A stretch of DNA of 63,870 nt, filler included, from Octopus bimaculoides (GCF_001194135.2; 9 parts of 7 records of this genome joined end to end with filler, not necessarily neighbours in it), one strand, 5' to 3'. Counted from the first letter of the whole stretch, positions 24,651 to 38,428 are shown. Notes: generated by a model from the letters alone, not told the origin. Numbers and translations are program-made.

Positions 24651-25670
24651 AAGGCGGAGAGCTGGTAGAATCGTTAGGGCGCTGGACGAAATGCTTTTCT
24701 TTGGCGCTTTATGCTCTGAGTTCAAATTCCGCCGAGGTCGACTTTGCCTTTCATCCTTTCGCGGTCGATAAATTAAGTACCAGTGAAATACTAGGGCCGA
24801 TGTAATCGACTAGTCTTCCCCCACCCCACCAACAATTTCAAACATTGTGTGTCGATAGTAGAAAGAATTATTTAGGCGGCGAGCTGGCAGAATCGTTAAG
24901 CATGTCGGACGAAATAATTAGCGGTATTTCGTCCGCTGCTACGTTCTGAGTTCAAATTCCGCCGAGGTCGGCTTTGCCTTTCATCCTTTTGGGGTCGATA
25001 AATTAAATACCAGTTTCGTACTGGGTCGATCCAATCGACTGGACCCTTCCCCAAAACTTTCAGGCCTTGTGCCTAGAGTAAAAATGATTATTTAGTCGGA
25101 GAGCACACCGGACTAAATGCTTTTCTTCGACGCTTTATGCTCTGAGTTCAAATGCCGCCGACGTTCAGTCTGCTTTTCATACTTTCGGGGTCAGTATAAT
25201 AAGTTCTAGCTGAGTACTTGGATGGAGATAATATACTTGCCCCTCCCCACAAAAATTGCTGGTCCTACGCCAAAATTCGAAGCCATTATCATGGGGCTGA
25301 GCTGACAGAATTATTAGCACGCTAGATGAAATACTTTGCAACTTTTTTCCTGGTAATTTACGTTCGAAGTTCAAATTCTGCCAAGCTCGATTTTGCCTTT
25401 TATCCTTTCGAGGTCGATAAGATAGGTACAAGTTTAGCACTGGTGCCGATATAATCGACTAGCCCTTTCCCCAACAACAGTCCAGACCTTGTGTCTTTAG
25501 TAAAAAGAATCGTTATTTTAATATTTCTGGGTTCAGATTCCGCTTTAAGCATCTCTACCATTTATCCTTCCAAAGTTGATAAATAAATACCAGATAAATG
25601 AGGATGCCAAAGTCATCTACTAACACACTTTTTCCAAATTCCTGGTCTTGCTCCTACTAAGAAATTATTA
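24651..25670 (+). mobile_element. Head-to-tail array of 4-5 family A SINEs
   Basis: Copies start about 24651, 24874, 25093, 25293 and (degenerate) 25525, each directly after the att-rich tail of the previous one. Confidence 0.8.
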
Positions 25671-26927
25671 CATAACAATCACCAGGATGATAGATGGAAG
25701 GGGAAGCAGTTGGTATTGAAAACTTGAGAAGTTCTTCAGAAACATCTCTTTCGTTTACAGTTCAAATTTCGGTAAGGATTGGGTCGTTGCACACATTTTG
25801 ACATGAAGAATTGCCACAAAGGAAGGGGTCAAACACACAAAAAGATTTTAGGATTAGATATAAATCGATTTTATTAAGTTCTTTACACTGATTTAGAATT
25901 CATGTTATTTTTGTGGGATCCACATGACACTTGGGGGAAGGGGTCATATAAAATGATTACTTAAAAATTTATATGCAATCGATTGGTTTACTCAAAATAT
26001 TTTAACAAATCTAATACAATTCCCAATAATAATTACTTATAATAGAATGTTTTGTAAACATCAAATGGTTTTGAGTGTCTCTTACAATGAAGGGGGTCTA
26101 TAGGGGGGGGGGCTGAGAACCACTGAGTGTGTGTATCAGAACAAATTTTGTTTCACCGAATCCTGAATATGTACCTTGTACTCATTTTGTCGGCTGCGAA
26201 ATGTTGAAAAGTGGAATGAAACAATCTAATTATTTTTTCTTTTATCTCTTACATGCTTCAGGTCAGTAGACTGAGGCCATACTGGGGCACCGCCTTGAAG
26301 GATTTAATCGAACAAACCGAGCCCAGTAATTCATGTATTTTTTATACGTAATTTTTTTTCTTTTTTAAGTGTGGTACCATTTCTACTTGTCACTTTTGCT
26401 GAACCACTAAGTTACTGAGATGTAAACAAATCCAAACCGATATCAAGCGATGAGTGTTGGGGGGGGGGAAAAAAAGGCAAACATTCAGACACACATATCA
26501 ATATATGTACACACACACACACATACACACACACACACACAAAGGGCTTTTTACAGTTTCCGTCTACCAAATCCACACATCAATGGTAATGATGGTGGCG
26601 GCAGTGCTCAGCAGCCATGAAACTATATGCCTTATAGTTAGGGTATGCCGGTCTTCTCTACCTGTTGAAGGTTCGATTTGACAGACGTTTAGCTGTAATA
26701 TCTAATGCCATACAAAGACTCCCAAATTGGGAAGATGAAATTTATAATAATTTTATGCAATTAGAAGTTCGTGCATTTTAGCCTCGAGTCGACAAATGCC
26801 TGTGAATAAATTTGATAGACAGAAACTGTGAGAAGCCCTTGTGTGTGTGTAATTGTGTTTGTGTTTGTAGCCCCACGGCCTGATAACTGCGCTGGTCTGT
26901 TTACAATACTGAAACTTAGTGGTTCCA

Positions 26928-27161
26928 AACGCGGAGAGCTGGCAGAAACGTTAGCACGCCGGGCGAAATGCTTAGCGGTATTTTGTCTACCGTTACGTTC
27001 TGAGTTCAAATTCCGCCGAGGTCGACTTTGCCTTTCATCATTTCGGGGTCGATAAAATTAAGTACCAGTTACGCACTGGGGTCGATGTAATCGACTTAAT
27101 CCTTTTGTCTGTCCTTGTTTGTCCCCTCTATATTTAGCCCCTTGTGGGCAACAAAGAAATA
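26928..27161 (+). mobile_element. Full-length family A SINE, tail type A1, with 18-bp TSD
   Basis: TSD tgaaacttagtggttcca at 26910-26927 and 27162-27179. Tail aatccttttgtctgtccttgtttgtcccctc...cttgtgggcaacaaagaaat also at 19866-20026 and 60555-60668. Confidence 0.9.
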
Positions 27162-27259
27162 TGAAACTTAGTGGTTCCATAAAAGTAGCTGACAACGGGA
27201 TTCACACAAGTACTGGGGCTGATTTGTTCGATTAACCCTACAAGATGGTGCTCCAGCAT

Positions 27260-27590
27260 GCTGTTGTTGGCACTCCGTCGCTTACGACGTCGAGGGTTCC
27301 AGCTGATCCGATTAACGGAACAGCCTGTTCGTGAAATTAACGTGAAAGTGGCTGAGCACTCCACAGACACGTGTGCCCTTAACGTAGTTCTCGGGGATGT
27401 TCAGCGTGACATAGTGTGAAGTGTGACAAGGCTGACCCTTTGAATTACAGGCGCAGCAGAAACAGGAAGTAAGAGTGAGAGAAAGTTGTGGTGAAAGAGT
27501 ACAGCAGGCTTCGCCACTATTCCCTGCTGTAGCCTCGTGGAGCTCTAGGTGTTTTCGCTCAATAAACTCTCACAACGCCCGGTCTGGGAA
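27260..27590 (-). mobile_element. 5'-truncated family C SINE with 11-bp TSD
   Basis: TSD tgctccagcat at 27249-27259 and 27591-27601; inserted in the tail of an old B SINE. Confidence 0.85.
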
Positions 27591-28107
27591 TGCTCCAGCA
27601 TAAACACAGTTTAATAACTAAACAAATAAAAAGAGACAAAAACCATGAAAAACATGACCGTGTAATAAAATTAATTAACTTTGCGGCCACATTGTTTCGA
27701 CTTGAGTCTCATTGGACGTCACTTTAGGTAACTAACATCTACTATAACCTCAACCTGGCCAATAACCAGTGAGTGAATTTGTCAGAATAAATGGTATGGA
27801 AGACTGTAGTGTATATATTTATGTATGTATGTTTGCATATATATATGGCCCCCTGCACAAAGATGACACGCTAATTCATGAAGCATTTCATAATTTTAAG
27901 TTAATAAACATCTTTAAAAGACCTCTGCATTTTCAAATCCTCTTCCCTATATATATACATATATATANNNNNNNNNNNNNNNNNNNNNNNNNNNNNNNNN
28001 NNNNNNNNNNNNNNNNNNNNNNNNNNNNNNNNNNNNNNNNNNNNNNNNNNNNNNNNNNNNNNNNNNNNNNNNNNNNNNNNNNNNNNNNATATATATACAC
28101 ACACCTG

Positions 28108-28323
28108 TGGTGGGGTGCTGAAAAGTTCCTGGCTTTAAGGGTGTCGCGAAAAGCCTGGCTGGAGACGAAACCTTCCGAGTTCTTTTACATGGCTTAGGGA
28201 AGGTGAAGGACCGCTGCAATAAGTGTGTGAATCTGAGAGGGGAATATGTTGAATAAAATCATAATTAACCGATTTTCCTGTATTTTCTTCTACCCATTGC
28301 CAGGAAATTTTCAGCACCCACGC
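28108..28323 (+). mobile_element. Short mariner deletion derivative
   Basis: TIRs ggggtgctgaaaagttcctggc / gccaggaaattttcagcaccc; internal AWLETKPSEFF(fs)LHGLGKVKDRCNKCVNLRGEYVE* mariner C-terminus. Confidence 0.8.
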
Positions 28324-28844
28324 GTGTATGTATGAGTGTGTATGTATGTGTATATGTATAATTGTATTTATATGTATGCATGTATATGTATGCATATATA
28401 TAGATCNNNNNNNNNNNNNNNNNNNNNNNNNNNNNNNNNNNNNNNNNNNNNNNNNNNNNNNNNNNNNNNNNNNNNNNNNNNNNNNNNNNNNNNNNNNNNN
28501 NNNNNNNNNNNNNNNNNNNNNNNNNNNNNNNNNNNNNNNNNNNNNNNNNNNNNNNNNNNNNNNNNNNNNNNNNNNNNNNNNNNNNNNNNNNNNNNNNNNN
28601 NNNNNNNNNNNNNNNNNNNNNNNNNNNNNNNNNNNNNNNNNNNNNNNNNNNNNNNNNNNNNNNNNNNNNNNNNNNNNNNNNNNNNNNNNNNNNNNNNNNN
28701 NNNNNNNNNNNNNNNNNNNNNNNNNNNNNNNNNNNNNNNNNNNNNNNNNNNNNNNNNNNNNNNNNNNNNNNNNNNNNNNNNNNNNNNNNNNNNNNNNNNN
28801 NNNNNNNNNNNNNNATATATATATATATATACATACATATATAT

Positions 28845-28897
<53 letters not shown>

Positions 28898-30141
28898 CAT
28901 ATATATATATATATATATACATACATATGTATATCTAAAATATATATGCACGTGTGGGCATGTCTTTGTGCTTGTTTCCCACAACTGGTGTTGGTTTGCT
29001 TGTATCCCCGTAGCTTAGCGGTCCCACAATAAAGATTCCGATAGAAAAAGTACAAAGCAAGTACAGATGTCAATTTTTTCGAGACCAATCCTCCAAAGTG
29101 AGGCTTCAGCTGCTCACAGGTCGCTGACAAGTAAAAGGAAAAAAAGATAGAAAAGACAATGTCGCTTGCAAGGGAGCCACTAGATAGCCAATGGTTCCGA
29201 CAGAAATAACATCCAAAATCATCACCCGCAAAATGATATATTTGAGAATGTTCTTTTCGATGTGCAAAGACCGAGAGTTGGAGGCACTGGCACGGCCAGA
29301 ATGACTTTGATTTAAATTCATAGAAATATCAGGAAGTAATACTTTTCTACAATAAGCAAAAGACCTGAAATTTGGTGGAAGGAAGCTCGGCGATTACATC
29401 AACCCCATTATTCAAACGGTATTAATTTTATCGATTCCGAGAAGAATAAAAGGTTAAGTCACCCCGGCGAAATTTGAACCCGGAACCTAAAGCGGAGGAA
29501 CGAAACGCCGCTAAGCATTGTGCCCGGCATGCTAACTAATCTGCCAGTTCGCCGCTTCAGCAGACTATAACGAACAGAAAAATATGAAGTATAAAAGGAT
29601 AGCTACTATATATTCATATGCATAGACGATGACTATGATGACGGCCACGACCACTACGACGACTACGACGAGGATAATCCTGAATATGATGTCCATGACG
29701 GTAGTGATGATCATTAAAATGTATGATGACAATATGAAGAAAAACTGTAAGTTATATTAAATATAAACTACAAATTTATACTTGATCATACGCAGACCGA
29801 CACACGCCCATGGATATATANNNNNNNNNNNNNNNNNNNNNNNNNNNNNNNNNNNNNNNNNNNNNNNNNNNNNNNNNNNNNNNNNNNNNNNNNNNNNNNN
29901 NNNNNNNNNNNNNNNNNNNNCGAAAAATAAAATGACTATAATCCTTTAATTTTGACTGCGAAGTTTTGAATGTACCGATGCACATACATGCATATACATG
30001 CACATGCGTATATATACGGTATGTAAGTGTGTGTGTATCCATGTTTACATGCGTATGTGATATATATTTATATATATATGTATATATATATATTTATATA
30101 TATATATATACATATATATATAATATGTAGATAGATTGATT

Positions 30142-30185
<44 letters not shown>

Positions 30186-30313
30186 CATGTCCTGAATCTC
30201 AGACGTTTGAATTTCCGTTTCATATTTTAAACGCATTATGTTCCCTTCTACCGGTCACTTCCAAGTATATATGTTTGTGTATGTGTTCATACACACACAC
30301 ACATACACACACA

Positions 30314-30346
<33 letters not shown>

Positions 30347-31780
30347 TTACAAGCGTGCAGAAGCACACGCATACAGAAACGCATATACTTCTCTATATAT
30401 TTATATATATATATATANNNNNNNNNNNNNNNNNNNNNNNNNNNNNNNNNNNNNNNNNNNNNNNNNNNNNNNNNNNNNNNNNNNNNNNNNNNNNNNNNNN
30501 NNNNNNNNNNNNNNNNNNNNNNNNNNNNNNNNNNNNNNNNNNNNNNNNNNNNNNNNNNNNNNNNNNNNNNNNNNNNNNNNNNNNNNNNNNNNNNNNNNNN
30601 NNNNNNNNNNNNNNNNNNNNNNNNNNNNNNNNNNNNNNNNNNNNNNNNNNNNNNNNNNNNNNNNNNNNNNNNNNNNNNNNNNNNNNNNNNNNNNNNNNNN
30701 NNNNNNNNNNNNNNNNNNNNNNNNNNNNNNNNNNNNNNNNNNNNNNNNNNNNNNNNNNNNNNNNNNNNNNNNNNNNNNNNNNNNNNNNNNNNNNNNNNNN
30801 NNNNNNNNNNNNNNNNNNNNNNNNNNNNNNNNNNNNNNNNNNNNNNNNNNNNNNNNNNNNNNNNNNNNNNNNNNNNNNNNNNNNNNNNNNNNNNNNNNNN
30901 NNNNNNNNNNNNNNNNNNNNNNNNNNNNNNNNNNNNNNNNNNNNNNNNNNNNNNNNNNNNNNNNNNNNNNNNNNNNNNNNNNNNNNNNNNNNNNNNNNNN
31001 NNNNNNNNNNNNNNNNNNNNNNNNNNNNNNNNNNNNNNNNNNNNNNNNNNNNNNNNNNNNNNNNNNNNNNNNNNNNNNNNNNNNNNNNNNNNNNNNNNNN
31101 NNNNNNNNNNNNNNNNNNNNNNNNNNNNNNNNNNNNNNNNNNNNNNNNNNNNNNNNNNNNNNNNNNNNNNNNNNNNNNNNNNNNNNNNNNNNNNNNNNNN
31201 NNNNNNNNNNNNNNNNNNNNNNNNNNNNNNNNNNNNNNNNNNNNNNNNNNNNNNNNNNTATATATATATATATATATATATATTTACGCGCGCGCACACG
31301 TACATATCTGTGAGTACTACACGCTTTATTGTTTTACTATGAAGCACTGAAATCCTGTGTATTCATCAGAAATACTTTATTCTAAGTAGACCCTGTCATA
31401 CCTACTACAAAACACGTGTGTGACCATACGCGCGCGCACATACACGCACACACACACACACACGCACACACAGATAAGTGTACCAGTATATCATTATCTA
31501 CATTTAACTCCCATCCTCAGTTTTGGCATGGGCTGGACAGTTTGACAGGTTCCAACAAGTTGGAGGACTTTTAAGTGATTTCTACTGCTCCGTGCCCTTT
31601 CTAACGCCAACTACTTCACAGAGTTTACTGAGAGCTTGCTTTATCGTCACCCAAACGTTGGAGACGTCACCAAGTATATTTTAAGACGAAGTCCCTCCCG
31701 ATTAATGGTGTTGCAGTAGTGACCAGGTGGTAAGTGTTTTAAAAGTATAACCGAATGATAGGCGCAGATGTCCAGCTATG

Positions 31781-32020
31781 TTATTATTATTATTATTATT
31801 GTTCAGTAGTTTTATTTTTATAACGTGCTTTCACTTCACTACCGAGCGCAGCTCTGTGCGCCTTGGGTATGTGCTGTGGTTTGCTGTGGTGCTCTTATGT
31901 TTACTGTATTGAAAGTGTTTTGCGTAGAATGTGAGCAGTATCCAGTAGTGCAATTTTCTGTATGTTATATATATTTGTATGTCCTGGTGTTTTTGTTATG
32001 TATTTGTCTGATTTTTTTAA

Positions 32021-32027
<7 letters not shown>
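31781..32027 (-). mobile_element. 5'-truncated R4/Dong-like element embedded in a (TAA)n microsatellite
   Basis: SDKYITKTPGHTNIYNIQKIALLDTAHILRKTLSIQ* C-terminus plus short 3'UTR; TAA/TTA repeats on both sides. Confidence 0.75.
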
Positions 32028-32080
<53 letters not shown>

Positions 32081-32626
32081 CATCATTATTATTATTAATT
32101 AAGGCGGCGAGTTGGCAGAATTGTTAGCACTTTGGATGAAACACTTAGCAGTATTTTGCCCATCATTACGTTCTGAGTTCAAATTCCACATAGGTTGAAT
32201 TTGTCTTTCATCCTTCCGTGGTCGATAAATTAAGTACCAGTATCTCTCTCTCCCTCTCTCTCTCTATATATATATATGCGTGTGTGTGTGTGTGTGTGTG
32301 TGTGCGTGTGTATATATGCATCTACACGATAGTATTTATGCATATGTATATTCTATAGATCTTTACATTATATATGTGTGCATGTATTTATGACATATAT
32401 AAATACATACATGTATATGCATATATATATATATACATATAAGAGAAGAGTGAAAAGCAGACGTAATTCTCGACGTACATCGGAATTAATACGTTCTTTA
32501 ATTGTTCTTCACATATGTGTGCGCATGTGTTCACGTACGTACAACTCTGCAAATCTATCTATCTATCTACAGACACACATACACACACATAAATATACGC
32601 GTGTGTGTGTGTATGTGTGTGCATGT

Positions 32627-32703
<77 letters not shown>

Positions 32704-32737
32704 CATTCATTCTTATACCTATATATCCATGTGTGTG

Positions 32738-32769
<32 letters not shown>

Positions 32770-33990
32770 TTTCATATAAATTCACATAGAAATAATTATT
32801 CTGACATTTCTACTACAGATGATGATAATGAAGATGTTGACTAATATTAATAATAGTAATAACAATAATAACAACAACATCTACAACAATAATAATACTA
32901 ATAATAATAATTTTTATATTTTTAGTAATAATACTAAACAAAATATAAACTTTTGTTTTGGTGTTTTTTATAGTAGTCTCGAACACAAGCAGCAGGAAAA
33001 TTTTAAGTAGGGTAATTTAACTTCGATTTTAACAAACCTCCCAAATAGCAATAATAATGGTGTCTTACATAGGCACGTGACCACTCACTGTACAAGAGAT
33101 AATGGCGGATTTCGTTGATCCCCGTACTTAAGTGATACTTAACTTTATTTACCCTGATGAAATTATTGGCAAATTTCACCAAAGTGAGATTTGATCTTTC
33201 ACGTTTGGTCCAGTCACATTTAAATCAATTCCTAAACGAATTTTTAAAGAGCTATGATATCTTAAATGATCCGCGCCAAAATATTCTTTTGACAATACTT
33301 TTGATCTTCCTTGTTTCCACTGACAGCAAACTGATACTCTCTGCAGGGTACTCGTTTTATCTCTAGAATTACACTACGAGCATCGTGTTTATCATCGTTA
33401 GTATCAACATCACACACGTACGAAAGGAGTTGTAATCTGGTTACTTGATGATGTACGATGTAACAGATATTCTTTTTAAAATTCACACTCTACTACTTTC
33501 GTATAACAGACGGGTTTCAGATACTGAAGTCCTGAGTTTCCTATACACAGGAAAACGAGTTGGTCACAGCTGGAGTGGTCTGTATCAAAGGTCTGGTCAG
33601 CCAGCTTTTGACCTGCGGTTAAATAAGAAAAAAGACAATATCATAGGGAAACCGCTCACTAATACATTGCCTCACACGAGATTGCCTACATGGTCACCCT
33701 AACACAGGGAGCCAAACCTCTCATTTTATAACAGCCAAATTTCTTATATCACATCTTACCATATTTAAAGAAGAGAGATTGTATTGCGATAGCAGATTCA
33801 GTAGTTTTATTCCGGAACGCGTTCGAAATTAGGTCTACTCCTTCATGACTGACCTAGGGCTAAACAATAGCAGCAAGCTCTTGCCAACACCTTCTGTGTC
33901 TTCTAACTCACCACATCACTACAACAATGCTAACTGCTTATTTACATTATTTACATTCGAAGGATATTTATCCTCATCTTGTTTGTTGTT

Positions 33991-34036
33991 AACACAACGT
34001 TTCGGCTGATATACCCACCAGCTTTCTTCAGGTATC
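33991..34036 (-). ncRNA. Minimal hammerhead motif within a Penelope-like terminal fragment (about 33920-34085)
   Basis: Minus: GAUAC-CUGAAGA-A-AGCUG-GUGGGUAUAU-CAGCC-GAAA-CGUU|GUGUU. Helix I 5 bp with 2 wobbles, palindromic ACGU, A-C mismatch at base of helix II. Confidence 0.55.
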
Positions 34037-35943
34037 TTGGGGAAATTTCGGACCTGGGTTCTCATTTCTAAGGTATTCTTCGATGTTGTTGTTATTATTA
34101 TTGTTATTATTATTATTGTTATTATNNNNNNNNNNGCTATATGCCAACTGCTCTTCTGAATTAGCATGTCACAACTACACAGATCCACCCGGAATTACCA
34201 GTTTTCTCACTTCGCTGCACCCATAAACTGCGTCTCGCCCTCCAAAGCGAGGCAATCTTTCCTTCCCAGCATATCTACCTTCTGGATATCTCTTCTTGTT
34301 CATATTGTTCTTATTGTTTTGCTGTTGCTATTGCTGTTACATAACCATGGTAATAGAGGCCCTAATGAAATAGATGTGTGATTATGACATTCCAACCGTG
34401 ACAACCTTGTCATTTTTGAGTGGCGTATAAGTGAATGAGATTACAACAATTCCTCCTGAATTGGACGCCGGTCTACCGCAGGTTTAACTTCCTAGCTACT
34501 ATTGAAACACATTTACAATTGAGTGAAGTAGAGCGACTTGAAATTAAGTGCTTTGTTCAACAATATAATGCGCCACCTGGTTCGAAGAACGACATCCACG
34601 ATCCGTAAATGCAATGCCCTAACCTCTAGGCCACCCGTTTTCACAGTCTATTTCTTTTAGCCTACCCGCAATACATCTAAGAACACGTTATTTGTTTCAT
34701 CTAATTGTCGTTGTTGTTGGCACTCCGTCGCTTACGACGTTGAGGGTTCCAGTTGATCCGATCAACGGAACAGCCTGCCCGTGAAATTAACGTGCAAGTG
34801 GCTGAGCACTCCACAGACACGTGTACCCTTAACGTAGTTCTCGGGGATATTCTGCGTGACACAGTGTGACAAGGCTGACCCTTTAAATTACAGGCACAAC
34901 AGAAACAGGAAGTAAGAGTGAGAGAAAGATGTGGTGAAAGGATTCGCGACCATCCCCTGCCGGAGCCTCGTGGAGCTTTAGGTGNNNNNNNNNNNNNNNN
35001 NNNNNNNNNNNNNNNNNNNNNNNNNNNNNNNNNNNNNNNNNNNNNNNNNNNNNNNNNNNNNNNNNNNNNNNNNNNNNNNNNNNNNNNNNNNNNNNNNNNN
35101 NNNNNNNNNNNNNNNNNNNNNNNNNNNNNNNNNNNNNNNNNNNNNNNNNNNNNNNNNNNNNNNNNNNNNNNNNNNNNNNNNNNNNNNNNNNNNNNNNNNN
35201 NNNNNNNNNNNNNNNNNNNNNNNNNNNNNNNNNNNNNNNNNNNNNNNNNNNNNNNNNNNNNNNNNNNNNNNNNNNNNNNNNNNNNNNNNNNNNNNNNNNN
35301 NNNNNNNNNNNNNNNNNNNNNNNNNNNNNNNNNNNNNNNNNNNNNNNNNNNNNNNNNNNNNNNNNNNNNNNNNNNNNNNNNNNNNNNNNNNNNNNNNNNN
35401 NNNNNNNNNNNNNNNNNNNNNNNNNNNNNNNNNNNNNNNNNNNNNNNNNNNNNNNNNNNNNNNNNNNNNNNNNNNNNNNNNNNNNNNNNNNNNNNNNNNN
35501 NNNNNNNNNNNNNNNNNNNNNNNNNNNNNNNNNNNNNNNNNNNNNNNNNNNNNNNNNNNNNNNNNNNNNNNNNNNNNNNNNNNNNNNNNNNNNNNNNNNN
35601 NNNNNNNNNNNNNNNNNNNNNNNNNNNNNNNNNNNNNNNNNNNNNNNNNNNNNNNNNNNNNNNNNNNNNNNNNNNNNNNNNNNNNNNNNNNNNNNNNNNN
35701 NNNNNNNNNNNNNNNNNNNNNNNNNNNNNNNNNNNNNNNNNNNNNNNNNNNNNNNNNNNNNNNNNNNNNNNNNNNNNNNNNNNNNNNNNNNNNNNNNNNN
35801 NNNNNNNNNNNNNNNNNNNNNNNNNNNNNNNNNNNNNNNNNNNNNNNNNNNNNNNNNNNNNNNNNNNNNNNNNNNNNNNNNNNNNNNNNNNNNNNNNNNN
35901 NNNNNNNNNNNNNNNNNNNNNNNNNNNNNNNNNNNNNNNNNNN

Positions 35944-35975
<32 letters not shown>

Positions 35976-36155
35976 CATGTATATATATTATATATGGATG
36001 TATATATACATCCATATATAATTGTTTTGCTGTAGCTATTGCTACTACATAACAATGATAATAGAGGGCCAAATGAAATAGATGTGTGACAAATATATAT
36101 GCATGTATACATACAGACACACACACACACCCATATATATATATATATGCACACT

Positions 36156-36186
<31 letters not shown>

Positions 36187-37263
36187 ATGTATGTATGCAA
36201 TGGTATATATTTATATGTATATCTGTGTTTATATATGTGTGAACACACAAACACTCACACTACCTGGGAGTTAAATTAAAGGTATAGATGGATAGAGTTT
36301 CTGACATATTAAGCTATTCAATTTCAGGCTCTATCGTGGGATCGACTATAGCTCGTGTTGTTTACACCTGAGTCAATCTTCACAAAATCACACATGTAAT
36401 GTCTTCAAAATGTTCCCACCGTGACCATCTCTTTTTGGAAGGCGTCATATTCAACACAGAATTATGTTTATAGCTTTTTTGCTTCCTTGGTAGAACTGGC
36501 TGGTGTTTCATGCAGAGCTACGTGGACCGTTTATGGATTGCCTATGAAAGAAAACAACATCTACATAAAAGTTTCATATCCATCCCGGCTTGCTGCTTGC
36601 GTCATTCGGGTTAATATTTATATATGCATATGACATGCTATAAAATATACATAAAGCCATTTAACATATGTGGATGTTTATAAAATATCAGCATAGTGTT
36701 TACTGTACATACATAAAAACATAAACATGAAAATAAAAAGAATAACATAAATATACACATAGACATGTGAAAATGCATCCATTCACACACGCATATACAC
36801 ATGCATATATATATATATATATANNNNNNNNNNNNNNNNNNNNNNNNNNNNNNNNNNNNNNNNNNNNNNNNNNNNNNNNNNNNNNNNNNNNNNNNNNNNN
36901 NNNNNNNNNNNNNNNNNNNNNNNNNNNNNNNNNNNNNNNNNNNNNNNNNNNNNNNNNNNNNNNNNNNNNNNNNNNNNNNNNNNNNNNNNNNNNNNNNNNN
37001 NNNNNNNNNNNNNNNNNNNNNNNNNNNNNNNNNNNNNNNNNNNNNNNNNNNNNNNNNNNNNNNNNNNNNNNNNNNNNNNNNNNNNNNNNNNNNNNNNNNN
37101 NNNNNNNNNNNNNNNNNNNNNNNNNNNNNNNNNNNNNNNNNNNNNNNNNNNNNNNNNNNNNNNNNNNNNNNNNNNNNNNNNNNNNNNNNNNNNNNNNNNN
37201 NNNNNNNNNNNNNNNNNNNNNNNNNNNNNNNNNNNNNNNNNNNNNNNNNNNNNNNTATATATG

Positions 37264-37308
<45 letters not shown>

Positions 37309-37731
37309 GTCGACGGGTCCTTTTATATACCAATAAGCGGCTGATAACATTAGAATATTTAATACATAGCAATGTCTTGAGTGTGTTGGAATCCTCTAGT
37401 TTTGACAACAATAACTGTCTTTGATAACATTATCTATGATTATAATAGGCGGCGTACACTATACAGGCATTTATACAAATATGTGTTTGTACGCATATCA
37501 GAGTATGTGTGTGTACGTACGTTTACGTGTGTGTGTACGTACGTTTACGTGTGTGTGCGCGTATACGTTTACTGTTTTACTATTGACAGTTTACTGTTAG
37601 CATCAAACTACGCAGGGGTGTTCGCGAGTCGCTCTCACCATCTCAGTCTCTCCTTCTATATATATATATATATATATGCATATATATATAGAGATGTATA
37701 TACTCATACACAGACACACCCATAGGGATGA

Positions 37732-37766
<35 letters not shown>

Positions 37767-38239
37767 TGAGAGAGAGAGTGTGATTGAAGAAAACAAGATA
37801 CAGAAAATGATACTAGAATGCCAAACGTAAGGGAAAATATAGTGTTTCATAGAAGCTAAAAAAACTTCTTCGCAGAACGTTACCACGAATTTCACATAAC
37901 GAATCAACTGTCTGAAGATCGGTAACGTGAAACGCGGTAAATAGTCTTGTGAAGTTTTTTCTTGTGAAGAAGTGGGAGATTGACAGAGAAGTAGAGACGG
38001 AGATAAAACAGAAAATAGACAGACAGACAGAGAGTATAGAAAGACNNNNNNNNNNNNNNNNNNNNNNNNNNNNNNNNNNNNNNNNNNNNNNNNNNNNNNN
38101 NNNNNNNNNNNNNNNNNNNNNNNNNNNNNNNNNNNNNNNNNNNNNNNNNNNNNNNNNNNNNNNNNNNNNNNNNNNNNNNNNNNNNNNNNNNNNNNNNNNN
38201 NNNNNNNNNNNNNNNNNNNNNNNNNNNNNNNNNNNNNGA

Positions 38240-38295
<56 letters not shown>

Positions 38296-38385
38296 CATAA
38301 AGAACGAAAGAGAGAAAGGAAGGAAGAAGAAAGAAAGATGTAGATAGATAGACAGACAGATAGATGGATAGATAGATAGATAGAT

Positions 38386-38428
<43 letters not shown>

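Noticed and set aside
24651-25670. Repeat-spacer appearance suggesting a CRISPR-like array
   Set aside because: Units are 200-bp SINEs in a eukaryotic context, with no short repeats, unique spacers or cas genes.
25700-26126. Possible Charlie MITE ending gagaaccactg
   Set aside because: Only the right TIR is clear; no matching left TIR or TSD.
28135-29145. Strong minus-strand acceptor and ATCEQLKPHFGGLVSK ORF
   Set aside because: It is the reverse complement of a decayed B-SINE tail, and the ORF runs through a microsatellite and a gap.
29150-29321. Minus ORF with a TM-like stretch (ILKYIILRVMILDVISVGTIGYLV)
   Set aside because: No convincing splice sites, and it runs into SINE sequence; unsupported.
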